Counted from the stretch's first letter, positions 28,451 through 38,366 are shown. The stretch: 64,000 nucleotides of DNA from Candidatus Thorarchaeota archaeon (GCA_019057475.1 DXJO01000006.1:68984-132983); one strand, 5' to 3'. Translations and numbers: made by a program. The notes: a model not told the origin generated them from the letters alone.

Positions 28451-30247
28451 TTGAAATCCACGAAATGTTGGAGCGGCTTCGACATGAATGGCGACCGAAA
28501 ACAGCTACTGGATGACCTCCACAGGAAGGTGATTGAGAAAGCTAACGACGGAATTGTCGTTCTCAAGAACGAGATGATTGTTCTCTCAAACCATGCATTC
28601 GTTGCTATGCTAGACTATGAAGGTCCTGAGCTGGAGGGTACCCGATTTGAAGACCTTGTAGAACCATCTAGCATTCACGAGTATCGGGATCGCTGGGAAT
28701 CAATTGTGCACCAAGAAGACTCCACTGGAACGATTCGTGCTCGACTTCTGACAAAAAGAAAGCGGATACTGAACGTTGAGATGAGCACTGCAGAGCTTGA
28801 TTTCGAGGGAGCACCTGCATTGGTAACAGTTGTTAGAGATGTTTCTGAACGAATGACGTTGGAGGCGGCTGTAGAGGAATCCGAGGCTCGCTACCGAACC
28901 TTGTACGAATCCTCGCCCATCGCTTACTTCACCTTGAGCCCGCGAGGGACAGTGCAGCAAGTAAACAATGCTGCTGAAAAACTCCTAGGCTACTCCAAAG
29001 AGGATATGATAAGAAGAAACATCTCAGCGTTTCTCCCTAAAGATGAAAGAGCTAGCGAGATGGGAAATCAAGTTATCGCTGAAATCCTTCAAGGAAAGAA
29101 TCTCGAAGATATTGAGATGCAACTCCAGCACGCAGAAGGGAAGAAAGTATGGGTCAGTGTTACTTCGAGCGTGTTAAGCGATTCAGTTCAATCATCTAAT
29201 ATCGGGCTTATGGCATTGGAGATAGATCGGAGAAAAGTAGCTGAGAGCAGAGAAACAGAGGAGCGCGAAAGAGCAAATCTCTATCTTGAAATAATGACAC
29301 ATGATCTCAACAATATCAATCAGAGCGCGCTATTTACAATGGAGCTCCTCACAACTACGGCGGATTTGCCGGAAAATCTTGAATTAGTCTTAACGGAGAC
29401 CTCCTGGAACGTGCGACGCGCTGCCAGGATGATTGCGAATATGAGAGCGATTATCACCCTCAAACAGTCCCCTCCAACAAAGAGCAAAACGGACCTCTAT
29501 CCCCATATCGAACGAGCAGCGACTGAAACTGATAGAGACTTCCCTTGGAAGTCCCTTAACATCAACTCTAACATTGAGGATGATGAGTTTGAGATTGCAG
29601 GTCACATGTACCTCTGGAGCGTGTTCTTTAACATCATCCACAATTCCATGATGTTCTCTAGGGATAATGAAATCACCGTCAACGTAAGCGCAAGGAAGGT
29701 AGACTCTGGCAGGATGGTCCGAATTGAATTCGAGGATTTTGGTCCGGGAATACCAGACAACATGAAGCAGTACATCTTCAAACGTACTGGCAGTCCCGAA
29801 TTGCAGCTTGTTGGCAGAGGTCTGGGACTTACGGTGGTTGACCACTATGTCACGGACCTAGGAGGAACGGTGTGGGTCGAAAACCGAGTTGAGGATGATC
29901 ATTCCCAGGGAACAAGAATAGTCATGCTTCTTCCATCGTGGGTAGAGAAGAAGGATCTCCCCTGTGGAAGGATTACCTGCATCACATTCTACAAATCAGA
30001 CCATTGCCTGTTCTGCGAACCAACCTACGACATTCTTATGATGGTTCTCAATGAAATGAACGTACCAAACCATCATGTTGAGGTGATTAACGTCGACGAC
30101 CCCTCTGCAGGCATTTCTGAGGGCGAATTGCCCATGCTTCCCTTCATCAAGATTTGTGATGTCGAGCTAACTGGTCTTGTTTCAGATGATCAAGTCCGGT
30201 CCGCTGTATTGACACTTCTTATGAAGGACTGCTATCCTGAGCTTTAG
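28451..30247 (+). CDS. PAS sensor histidine kinase fused to a C-terminal thioredoxin/glutaredoxin-like CxxC domain
   Basis: PAS modules and an H-box (MTHDLNNINQSAL) are followed by an HATPase_c. The last ~100 aa (29948-30247) resemble archaeal Trx-fold proteins, with a CLFC redox motif and the VEVINV...LPFIKI pattern. Confidence 0.75.
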   Translation: MKSTKCWSGFDMNGDRKQLLDDLHRKVIEKANDGIVVLKNEMIVLSNHAFVAMLDYEGPELEGTRFEDLVEPSSIHEYRDRWESIVHQEDSTGTIRARLLTKRKRILNVEMSTAELDFEGAPALVTVVRDVSERMTLEAAVEESEARYRTLYESSPIAYFTLSPRGTVQQVNNAAEKLLGYSKEDMIRRNISAFLPKDERASEMGNQVIAEILQGKNLEDIEMQLQHAEGKKVWVSVTSSVLSDSVQSSNIGLMALEIDRRKVAESRETEERERANLYLEIMTHDLNNINQSALFTMELLTTTADLPENLELVLTETSWNVRRAARMIANMRAIITLKQSPPTKSKTDLYPHIERAATETDRDFPWKSLNINSNIEDDEFEIAGHMYLWSVFFNIIHNSMMFSRDNEITVNVSARKVDSGRMVRIEFEDFGPGIPDNMKQYIFKRTGSPELQLVGRGLGLTVVDHYVTDLGGTVWVENRVEDDHSQGTRIVMLLPSWVEKKDLPCGRITCITFYKSDHCLFCEPTYDILMMVLNEMNVPNHHVEVINVDDPSAGISEGELPMLPFIKICDVELTGLVSDDQVRSAVLTLLMKDCYPEL

Positions 30248-30285
30248 TCATAATCCAGTTCCGATTTCGGAACTATTATCCAAGA

Positions 30286-31263
30286 GTGTACAGCATGCAA
30301 ATGCTGTTGATACTAATGACGGAGTTCGGGATACAAGTTGAGCCTCAGTTTGGGTTTACTCTAGATGAGGTGGAGCAAATTGCAGAAGTTGGTCTTGCTA
30401 ATGGCTTCTCAACTCTTTGGTTTTCAGATCATTTCATGCTTGATGCGGATGCTGTGGATAAGGTGCTTCTGGATCCATGGTTACTGATGACGGCTCTTGT
30501 GACAGCGAATAAAGAAATACGAGTTGGGAGTCTCGTCTTCTGTAATAGCTACAGGTCACCTCCACTCCACGCCAAGATGGTAGCAACGCTTGACAATCTA
30601 TCAAACGGAAGATTGGAGTTCGGCATTGGCGCAGGATGGAAAAAAATGGAGTACGAAGCATATGGATATCCATTCCCCGATGACTTGACGCGAATCGCTC
30701 AACTTGGCGAAGCAATCCAGATCATAAAGGGGGTCTTAACGCATGACAAATTCACATTCGAGGGAGAACACTATCATGTGAAGGATATCGTCTCATTCCC
30801 TAAGCCAGTTCAGAAACCACATCCCAAAGTGTGGGTAGGGACGATGCGAGGAAAGGAAAAGATGCTGGAGCTCATAGCTAAGTACGGCGATGGAATCAAC
30901 GTCGCTTGGACATTCTCTCCAAGCCAATGTGAAGAAATCTTCAGTAAGCTTGACAAGCTATGCAAGGTGAATGGGCGCGATTCTACTGAAATGGGCAAGT
31001 CAGTGGGTCTATGGACAAGGTGTTTCGTTTCGGATGAGGAGATGAATCACACAATTACAGAGAACGCCGCTAAGAGGGGGGTTTCTGAAAAGAAGTACAG
31101 AGAGAGAATCTCCAGTGCTCTTTGGGGCACACCCAAGATGATGGTCGAGCGATTAAGGCAACACCTTGATCTCGGGGTTTCTCATATCATTCTGATGCTG
31201 CCCCATGGTGAAGAATTGGATCAAATCAAGCTGATAGGCCAGAATGTCCTTTCCAAGCTGTAA
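30286..31263 (+). CDS. LLM-class (luciferase-like) flavin/F420-dependent oxidoreductase
   Basis: It has luciferase-like TIM-barrel motifs (LWFSDHF, FGIGAGW). The likely start is the ATG at 30316 (MTEFGIQV...). Confidence 0.7.
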   Translation: MYSMQMLLILMTEFGIQVEPQFGFTLDEVEQIAEVGLANGFSTLWFSDHFMLDADAVDKVLLDPWLLMTALVTANKEIRVGSLVFCNSYRSPPLHAKMVATLDNLSNGRLEFGIGAGWKKMEYEAYGYPFPDDLTRIAQLGEAIQIIKGVLTHDKFTFEGEHYHVKDIVSFPKPVQKPHPKVWVGTMRGKEKMLELIAKYGDGINVAWTFSPSQCEEIFSKLDKLCKVNGRDSTEMGKSVGLWTRCFVSDEEMNHTITENAAKRGVSEKKYRERISSALWGTPKMMVERLRQHLDLGVSHIILMLPHGEELDQIKLIGQNVLSKL

Positions 31264-31346
31264 TCTAATTAGATAGCGAAAAGGACAGAATTAGCCCTTG
31301 GAGCCCTCTATTGATTAGAGGACTCAAGAGCTATCGATTGATACTA

Positions 31347-32654
31347 TCAGGCTTCGATAGCCAAATCTGCAAGGGATTCCTTCATGAGCCCTTTGAAGTC
31401 AAAGCCCATCATTCGAGCCATCAACATCATCGGTAGCAGAACGTTTCCGAAGACTTGGAACGCACCTGCGCCTCCGCCCTCCTCACCTGCTTCGCCATTC
31501 ATTCCTCCTCCAAAGAGAGTCACATCGCCTATGTCAATATTCTCATAGAGCTGAGGCAATACGGCAAGAAAATCTCTTGCAAAGGCCTGTGGCGTGTAAT
31601 CCTTGGCGGCATCCAGTGTCTGGCGAATACCCTCGGCTTGCGCGCTTGTGACCTTCAATATCTTCTCGGCGTCAGCCACCGCGACGATACTTATGCGTTC
31701 AGCATCGGCTCTCGCCTGCTGAAGTATTCGCTGCGCTTCAACCTCTACTTCCTGCTTGATTTTTCGCTGCTTCTCAGCTTCAGCCTTGAGCTTGGCGACT
31801 TCAAGATCCTTCGACGCATCGACCTCGGCCTGCTGCTTTTCATAACGTTTCTGCATCAGGTCCTTCTGAAGCTCGATTTCTAGAACGCTTTGCTGTCGTT
31901 GCTGCTCCGCTTCCTGAATGGCACGTAGTTGATCTTGTTCTTGAATGCCAATGTACTTGTCCTTCTCGATCTCTTTATCTCGCAGTATACGAATCTTTGC
32001 GATATCGCTTGTACCAGTTGCTTGATCCGCCTCAATCGTAGCTATCTGGGCAAGACGACGCATCTCAGCCTCACGAGGCTTCGACATATTCTGCAAAAAA
32101 GATTCATTGACAACTGCAACGTCTACTAACTCAACAGTGACCACCTTGAGACCCCATTCGGAAATGACATCCACGAGTTCCTTCTTGATTGCTTCAATGA
32201 TTAGCTGGCGCTCTTCAAGAATCTCCTCGACTGACAACTGCGCACAAGCCGTTCTGATGACTGACTCTATGATTGCCGTTAGGCGCGCTGGAATTTCTTC
32301 CCAATGTGTATTATTGATCGTCGCGATGGCGTTGTCAGCCTGCCATTGAAGGACAGTACTGAGCCTTATCTTCTGCTTCTCTTTGGATAGTACTGACTCT
32401 GCATGGATGTTCAGCTGTTGGACCGTTCTATCAATCGCAAGAATGCGGTCAAGAAAAGGAATGCGTACAACCATTCCCCCTTCGCCCTGCTTGATGGGCT
32501 TGCCTTTACGCAGGTGCACGTAGAATACATTCGGGTCAAAAATGCGAATGTACTTCTTGATGTAGAAGGTGATCAACAGTACTACCAATATACCGAGAAA
32601 TGCAATGGATAGTCCAAAGTTCTGAGCAAATATGTCCATTATTCCCGCTTGCAT
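31347..32654 (-). CDS. SPFH/band-7 family protein, flotillin-like
   Basis: It has an N-terminal TM, a band-7 domain and a long Glu/Ala/Lys/Gln-rich coiled coil (EAEKQRKIKQEVEVEAQRILQQARADAERIS), with a Gly-rich C-terminus. Confidence 0.7.
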   Translation of the reverse strand: MQAGIMDIFAQNFGLSIAFLGILVVLLITFYIKKYIRIFDPNVFYVHLRKGKPIKQGEGGMVVRIPFLDRILAIDRTVQQLNIHAESVLSKEKQKIRLSTVLQWQADNAIATINNTHWEEIPARLTAIIESVIRTACAQLSVEEILEERQLIIEAIKKELVDVISEWGLKVVTVELVDVAVVNESFLQNMSKPREAEMRRLAQIATIEADQATGTSDIAKIRILRDKEIEKDKYIGIQEQDQLRAIQEAEQQRQQSVLEIELQKDLMQKRYEKQQAEVDASKDLEVAKLKAEAEKQRKIKQEVEVEAQRILQQARADAERISIVAVADAEKILKVTSAQAEGIRQTLDAAKDYTPQAFARDFLAVLPQLYENIDIGDVTLFGGGMNGEAGEEGGGAGAFQVFGNVLLPMMLMARMMGFDFKGLMKESLADLAIEA

Positions 32655-32938
32655 TTGTTTTTCTACTCACATCTCTTTTTTAGAGAGTGCACCTAAAACC
32701 CACAGCCCTCTTCCTTCCACTGAGAACGCGGTACTGTGTGGTTTGACCTATGTACCTCTATCTTAGGGCATTGGATAGGTCGCTTCATCCCTCGGAGTTC
32801 AGATCCCCCAACGAGACATCAGAATCCTGCTTCGGGTTCTGGTGCACTCATGTTCATATTGTATTCTAACGTTATAAATTCGCGCCGAGATTTGTGTCTT
32901 ATCGACAATCGAATGAAGCATTTCGATTATGACTTCTT

Positions 32939-33868
32939 TTACCGTTGGAGTTTCTGACTTTGCTTATGTTGACCCTTGACCACTTCGATTCTTGGATCAA
33001 CAAATACGAACTTATCATTTGCAGAAACTACATAGAGCGTCATCCCTTTCCTGAATACAAGTCCCTGCTGTAATGGTCGTGCATGGAATCTTCTGAGACC
33101 CATCTCGGTTTCATACCTTACCTCACCAAAGTCATCGCTTATGGTGGAGACTGCTTCAACTTCTTGTCCTACAATGTGTTTTGGCTCGATGCTAAAGCCT
33201 GACTCCACAAACACCTTCCCAAGTACAGTTCGTACCAAAAATACAAGCAGAGCCGCTCCGATGAACTGGAAGCAAATTTTCGCAGCAAGAGGTGCTAGCA
33301 GTCCATCATAGTACACTATAGACCCCAGAAACCCGACACTGACAAGAGATGTTCCGATAGTGACGCCCAGTGGAGCGCCCCTTGCGGCTTCGAAGAAACC
33401 TGAGTGATCACCTGCTTCAACATCATAGTCCAGTTCATGTTCGTGGTCAGTATCATGCTCTGTGTCGTGATCAGCTTCATGGTCTGCATCGAGGTGATGC
33501 TCCATGTCATGTTCTACATCGTGCTCGACTTCGTGTTCAACATCTGTCTCCAACTGATGCTCTATGTCATGTTCAACATCGTGATCGTAATCATGATCGA
33601 CGTCATGATCAATCTCAACGTGTGTATCGTAGTCATGTTCAATGTCGTGTTCCATATCATGGTCATAATCGTGTTCAACATCATGCTCAATGTGATGATC
33701 CAAGTCATGTTCTGCTTCGTGGAAAACATCATGCTCATGCCCGTGTTCAGAAATTGCAGCAAAGAGTCGTCCCATCAGAAACATGCCGAAGGTGTAGAAA
33801 AGCCCCACAAGAAGTATCCCAAATGAAATCTCACGTAGTATGATTGCTAACGGCATGAATTCTTGCAT
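32939..33868 (-). CDS. NfeD-like membrane protein (C-terminal OB-fold) carrying a ~110-aa His/Asp/Glu-repeat insertion
   Basis: The layout is TM1, a His-rich loop, TM2-3, then a C-terminal NfeD beta-barrel-like tail. It is encoded directly upstream of the SPFH gene, which is the classic nfeD-spfh pairing. Confidence 0.6.
   Translation of the reverse strand: MQEFMPLAIILREISFGILLVGLFYTFGMFLMGRLFAAISEHGHEHDVFHEAEHDLDHHIEHDVEHDYDHDMEHDIEHDYDTHVEIDHDVDHDYDHDVEHDIEHQLETDVEHEVEHDVEHDMEHHLDADHEADHDTEHDTDHEHELDYDVEAGDHSGFFEAARGAPLGVTIGTSLVSVGFLGSIVYYDGLLAPLAAKICFQFIGAALLVFLVRTVLGKVFVESGFSIEPKHIVGQEVEAVSTISDDFGEVRYETEMGLRRFHARPLQQGLVFRKGMTLYVVSANDKFVFVDPRIEVVKGQHKQSQKLQR
33410..33748 (-). repeat. degenerate short-period coding repeat (catgWtc / gtgRtc units) encoding (E/D)H(D/E)x repeats
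   Basis: The periodicity is visible in the nucleotide sequence. It produces overlapping spurious ORFs in three frames. Confidence 0.8.
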
Positions 33869-34030
33869 GTCCTTTACCCCCCGTATTCATTATGTAACAA
33901 AGCGATATAAAGTTGAGCAAGCGTTTACCTGGGTCAATGCAGATTGTGTCTTCTTCTTGCTCGAGTTCGCGCGGACCCAACATATCACATAAGAGGCGCG
34001 AATACAACCGCGGAACCGGTGGAATACGTA

Positions 34031-35053
34031 ATGCCTACGTCCATTGAACTTGTCGAACAGGCAATGCAGAATGAGGAACCGCCACGCACTCCAGTTATTC
34101 CATTAGTCGGGCTGTATTCGAGTGTATGCTCGGGATATCCTGTCAACGACCTTCTGAGGGACGGAAACCTACAGGCGAAGTCGCAGCTAGCTGCTCTTCA
34201 ATGCTTCAAGTATGATGGTGTTTTCACTTGTATGGACCTTACTGTGGAAGCTGAGGCGCTGGGTGCATCTATCGCGTTTCCGCAAGGAGATTTTCCGTAT
34301 GTTAGTGATCACCCAGCAGAATCGCCTTGTGCGGTTCTTGATTTAGAGATGGCATCAATAAAAGGTGCCCGCCTGTTGACATTTGTAAATGCGACAAAAC
34401 AGCTTGTGAACTGTGTGGGGCGATCGCACTTGGTTAGCACTTACATAATTGGACCATTCACACTTGCAGGACACCTCATCGGTGTTGAAAGTCTACTCGA
34501 ATACGCTATCGAGGACCCAGAGTTGACCAAGAAAGTAGTCAACTACTGTCAGGAGGTGCTTGAGCCTTTGGTAGAAGCGTATATCTCCGCAGGGGCACAC
34601 AATGCTGTGATTTTGGAGCCAACAGCTAGTTCGAGCATAATCTCTCCGAAGTTCTTTGAGAAATACTCCGCGCCCGACCTCTCCAGAATGGTGTCGCGCA
34701 TTCATAAAGGAGGAATAAAGGCAACCATCCACATATGCGGCAATACACATCCGATATTGCACGCAATGTGCGATACGAAAGCTGATGCTCTGAGCATTGA
34801 CTCTGCTGTTGATCTGAAAGAGGCAAAAGAAATAGTCAAGGGGCGTGCGACTCTCATAGGCAATGTCGATACCACTCTCATTCTGACTGCATCCAAAGAA
34901 AATGTGCAAAAAGCGGCGGAAGATTGCCTTAAGAAGGCCGCCAAAGGAGGAAGTTTCTTTCTCTCAACCGGTTGCGACATACCCCTTGAAACTCCAAATC
35001 ATAATGTACACGCGCTCGTTAATGCGGCTACCGGCAACTTGACTCAGCATTAG
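34031..35053 (+). CDS. uroporphyrinogen-decarboxylase-family methyltransferase (MtaA/MtbA-like corrinoid methyltransferase)
   Basis: It has the URO-D fold pattern and a zinc-site-like HICGNT...STGCD. The ORF track starts at 33944, and I prefer the ATG at 34031. Confidence 0.65.
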   Translation: MPTSIELVEQAMQNEEPPRTPVIPLVGLYSSVCSGYPVNDLLRDGNLQAKSQLAALQCFKYDGVFTCMDLTVEAEALGASIAFPQGDFPYVSDHPAESPCAVLDLEMASIKGARLLTFVNATKQLVNCVGRSHLVSTYIIGPFTLAGHLIGVESLLEYAIEDPELTKKVVNYCQEVLEPLVEAYISAGAHNAVILEPTASSSIISPKFFEKYSAPDLSRMVSRIHKGGIKATIHICGNTHPILHAMCDTKADALSIDSAVDLKEAKEIVKGRATLIGNVDTTLILTASKENVQKAAEDCLKKAAKGGSFFLSTGCDIPLETPNHNVHALVNAATGNLTQH

Positions 35054-35175
35054 GTGCTCCAATCAGAAGGTGTGAGCGTACAGAATGTGTCAGCAGCAGG
35101 AAAAAGCACCCGAAGAGTTAAGGCAAGCGGTTGTCCATTGCTAGAAGCCATTGTATTGTTTCTAAGCTAGCCTGA

Positions 35176-36180
35176 ATGCTGAAGATTATGCGCAAGGTAA
35201 TAGGTGTGAAGAAGGAAATGAACAACAAGAACAAGTGGAATGAGATATACGCTGTGGAACATCCACCTCTAGTCAGCTTTGGGGAGGGCGAACTGCTAAC
35301 GATTTATGATAGTTCAAGCTTTGGAGTAGCGTCCAACCACACAACCTTGAAACGGGTCTTACTCCACCGACCTTGTGAAGATCTGGAAGCCGTCAAGAAG
35401 AATCCAGTATGGTGGCTTTGGGATGGCGTGCCGGACTTAAAGAAGTCTCGCAGTGAGTGGGACTCTTTTGCGGCTATTCTAGCGAAGAACGGGGTTGAGG
35501 TGGAATTACTTGAGAAGGGGTATCAAGGGTGTGCCAAGAGCTATTTCATGCGAGACCCCGCTACAATGACCCCATGGGGCGCCATCATAAGTCGAATGGC
35601 CCTCACCCAGCGATGGGGTGAGGAGCAGCACATCGCGAAGAAACTCTGGGAAATGCATATCCCCGTCCTAATGATGGTCACAGGCCATGGCATCTTCGAA
35701 GGAGGCAACTACATCCCACTGGATGAGCACACAGTTATCCTCGGGCGTGGTATCAGGTCCAATGACATCGGAATTCGTCAAGTCCAGAATCTGCTTGAAC
35801 TCATGGATCTAGAATCGATTATCGTTGACATCCCTGCCTATCTGGAGCACTACGGTGGCTATGTTCACGTAGATGTATGCCTGAACCCGATTGACAAGGA
35901 CTTGGCGCTGGTCTATCCCCCAGGTCTTCCGTATTGGTTTCTTGAAGATCTCAGAAACCGAGGGTTTGATATGATTGAGGTCGAGAGAGAGGAGGTCTTG
36001 CGCATGGGTACAAATGTATTGCCTCTTGGAAAAAAGAAAGTCATCCTCCCTGCGGGGAATCCGACTGTCAAGAAGCGTCTTGAGGAAGTTGGAATGAAAA
36101 TCATTGAAATTAGCATGAATGAGCTGATGAAGGGCGGCGGCGGACCCCGATGCATTACTATGGAGCTTCTACGAGCTTAG
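35176..36180 (+). CDS. amidinotransferase-superfamily hydrolase (arginine/agmatine deiminase or DDAH-like)
   Basis: The C-terminal GGGGPRCITMEL matches the catalytic-Cys motif (GGGxxRC) of arginine deiminase/DDAH-type enzymes. Confidence 0.55.
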   Translation: MLKIMRKVIGVKKEMNNKNKWNEIYAVEHPPLVSFGEGELLTIYDSSSFGVASNHTTLKRVLLHRPCEDLEAVKKNPVWWLWDGVPDLKKSRSEWDSFAAILAKNGVEVELLEKGYQGCAKSYFMRDPATMTPWGAIISRMALTQRWGEEQHIAKKLWEMHIPVLMMVTGHGIFEGGNYIPLDEHTVILGRGIRSNDIGIRQVQNLLELMDLESIIVDIPAYLEHYGGYVHVDVCLNPIDKDLALVYPPGLPYWFLEDLRNRGFDMIEVEREEVLRMGTNVLPLGKKKVILPAGNPTVKKRLEEVGMKIIEISMNELMKGGGGPRCITMELLRA

Positions 36181-36196
36181 GGGGCGAACATGAGAT

Positions 36197-37159
36197 ATGA
36201 ACACTCTACGACCTCTCAAGGGGAAAGACTTCCTCACGCTCATGGACTATTCGAAAGAGGAAATCTTAAGGATTCTTGATCTGGCTGACGAATTGAAAGA
36301 TAGACTAGCAAAAGGAGCGCCACATGAGTGTCTCTCTGGCAAAACAATAGCCATGATTTTCGAGAAACACTCCACTCGCACGCGTCTATCATTTCAGGCT
36401 GGGGCCGCACACCTGGGGCTTTCTGCTTTCTATATGGATCCAACCACCATGCAACTATCTCGCGGAGAATCACTTTCTGACACGGCAAAGACAATCGACC
36501 GATATATCGACGCACTGGTCATCCGAACATTCGAACAAGAGATTGTTGAAGACTTCGCGAAGCATATGAAGAAACCAGTCATTAACGCGTTGACTAATGA
36601 TACTCATCCGATGCAGCTTCTAGCGGATTTTCAGACGATACGTGAGAAGAAGAAACGTCTGCACGATTTGAAGATAGGATACATTGGAGATGCTTGGAAT
36701 ATGATCCACTCTTGGGGTATCATGAGCTCCATTATTGGATTGGACATGACTTACGCGGTCCCAGAAGGATACACAGTGAAGACAAAATACAGAGATTTTA
36801 TCGACAGAACCAACAGGGAAACTGGTGGCAGCTTCACCGTCACCCACGATCTCAAACAGGCCATGACGGATGTTGACATAGTCGTGGGGATAACTTTCAT
36901 CAGCATGACTCGTGCCGGAATGACGGAGGATGCGAAGGCGAAGAAACTCAAAGATTTCATGCCTTATCAAATCGATTCTGAGGTCATGGGGTGGGCTAAG
37001 AAAGATGCGATATACATGCATTGCCTGCCCGCACATCGCGGAGAGGAGGTAACCGATGAGGTCCTTGATGGTCCTCAATCAGTCGTCTTCGACGAAGCAG
37101 AAAACAGAATGCATACCGAGAAAGCCGTGCTAGCCCTGCTACTCGGCGGGGTGGATTGA
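36197..37159 (+). CDS. ornithine-carbamoyltransferase-family carbamoyltransferase (substrate uncertain)
   Basis: It has the STRTR carbamoyl-phosphate motif, HPMQ and HCLP motifs. The second-substrate loop reads FISMTRAG instead of the canonical DxxxSMG. Confidence 0.8.
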   Translation: MNTLRPLKGKDFLTLMDYSKEEILRILDLADELKDRLAKGAPHECLSGKTIAMIFEKHSTRTRLSFQAGAAHLGLSAFYMDPTTMQLSRGESLSDTAKTIDRYIDALVIRTFEQEIVEDFAKHMKKPVINALTNDTHPMQLLADFQTIREKKKRLHDLKIGYIGDAWNMIHSWGIMSSIIGLDMTYAVPEGYTVKTKYRDFIDRTNRETGGSFTVTHDLKQAMTDVDIVVGITFISMTRAGMTEDAKAKKLKDFMPYQIDSEVMGWAKKDAIYMHCLPAHRGEEVTDEVLDGPQSVVFDEAENRMHTEKAVLALLLGGVD

Positions 37160-37182
37160 TACGCTGTAACTCGCTTGCGATC

Positions 37183-38322
37183 CTACTTGAGTATTTTAAT
37201 CATCTCGTCCAATCGGGACAATCCCGCATTTAGGTGGTCCTCCTCGTAACCGAAGCCGATTCTTAAATGCATGGGCATTCCGAAGTGTTCACCGGGGATG
37301 ATTAGCAAGCTTTTCTCTCTTAACAGACGTGTGGTCAGTTCAAGTGAAGAAACATTCAGATTGTGTCTTGGAAAGCAGATTGAAGCAGCCCTTGGCGCAA
37401 CGTATTCGAAGACTTCATTTCGTTCGTCAAGCCACTCGCGTAGAATACTCCAATGTTTCTTAACAATCCTGCTGGTCCTTTCAAGTATCTTCCTTCGGCA
37501 TTTTGGTTGCAATGCTATTGTTGCAAGTGTATCACTCAGCTTTGTTGGACATATTGTCGTGTAATCTGAATACGCCCACAAGTCTGTCACGTTGATTTTA
37601 TCCGAGCACATTATCCAACCTAGCCTGAGACCGGGAAGTCCGTAAGCTTTTGACAGGCTATTCGTCACAATGACCTTGTCGTAATAGTCGAACATCGTAG
37701 GAGTCGAGTCTCCTTCGAGTTCAGCACCTTGATAGATCTCATCTGAGACCACCCAAAGGTGGGCATCCGCCGCAATCTCGGCAATCGCTTTCAAGTATGT
37801 CGGGCCAAAGGTTGCACCTGTCGGGTTGTTCGGGTTACAGATGGCTATCGCCATGGTCTTCTTTGATATGGCTGATTTTAGTTCCTCAAGATCCGGAATC
37901 CATTCCCCTTTTTCAATTTTAAGGCGAAACGGACTCACGACCCCATTGAGCCCTTTGATTATTCCTGGTATCTGCATATAGTTTGGAAGCATCACCACAA
38001 TCTCTTTGGCATCGTGTTCATGAAGCAAGTTCCAGATAGTGAGGAAGTTTGCCTCTGCCCCTCCATTTGTGACTAGAACATTGTCCGCGTCTGCCCCTTG
38101 ATACATGCCGCTAATCGCCTCCTTTAACGGCATTGTGCCATTGGTTTGTGAGTATGCCAGTTTCGTTTCGATGAGTTCTTTTTGAGCTTCTTTGTCAGGG
38201 ATAAGATCCGATATCGTAAGTGGTTCAACGCCACTCTCTGTTAGATTTATGTCTATTACGTGCTCCCACTCTGACTGCATCCGTTCGAGCTCGAAAGGCT
38301 CCAATCTCATATCCAACACCAT
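37183..38322 (-). CDS. PLP-dependent aminotransferase, class I/II
   Basis: It has the PLP-lysine context NSLSKAYGLPGLRLGW and fold-type I length. Confidence 0.75.
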   Translation of the reverse strand: MVLDMRLEPFELERMQSEWEHVIDINLTESGVEPLTISDLIPDKEAQKELIETKLAYSQTNGTMPLKEAISGMYQGADADNVLVTNGGAEANFLTIWNLLHEHDAKEIVVMLPNYMQIPGIIKGLNGVVSPFRLKIEKGEWIPDLEELKSAISKKTMAIAICNPNNPTGATFGPTYLKAIAEIAADAHLWVVSDEIYQGAELEGDSTPTMFDYYDKVIVTNSLSKAYGLPGLRLGWIMCSDKINVTDLWAYSDYTTICPTKLSDTLATIALQPKCRRKILERTSRIVKKHWSILREWLDERNEVFEYVAPRAASICFPRHNLNVSSLELTTRLLREKSLLIIPGEHFGMPMHLRIGFGYEEDHLNAGLSRLDEMIKILK

Positions 38323-38366
38323 TCCATGTCCACGGGTCCAGGGCTTCTACATCAATCTTCTGTGCA

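Noticed and set aside
32780-32860. Possible tRNA in the 284-nt gap upstream of nfeD (GTTCAGATCCCCC resembles a T-arm)
   Set aside because: I could not build a cloverleaf. The T-stem is not complementary, the loop has G at the conserved A58 position, and no acceptor/CCA context is present.
33370-33843. Three overlapping ORFs (33370-33843 +, 33404-33826 +, 33562-33762 -) in the His-rich region
   Set aside because: They are produced by the short-period coding repeat of the NfeD insertion. Their compositionally biased products lie antisense to, or out of frame with, a gene that has clear NfeD termini.
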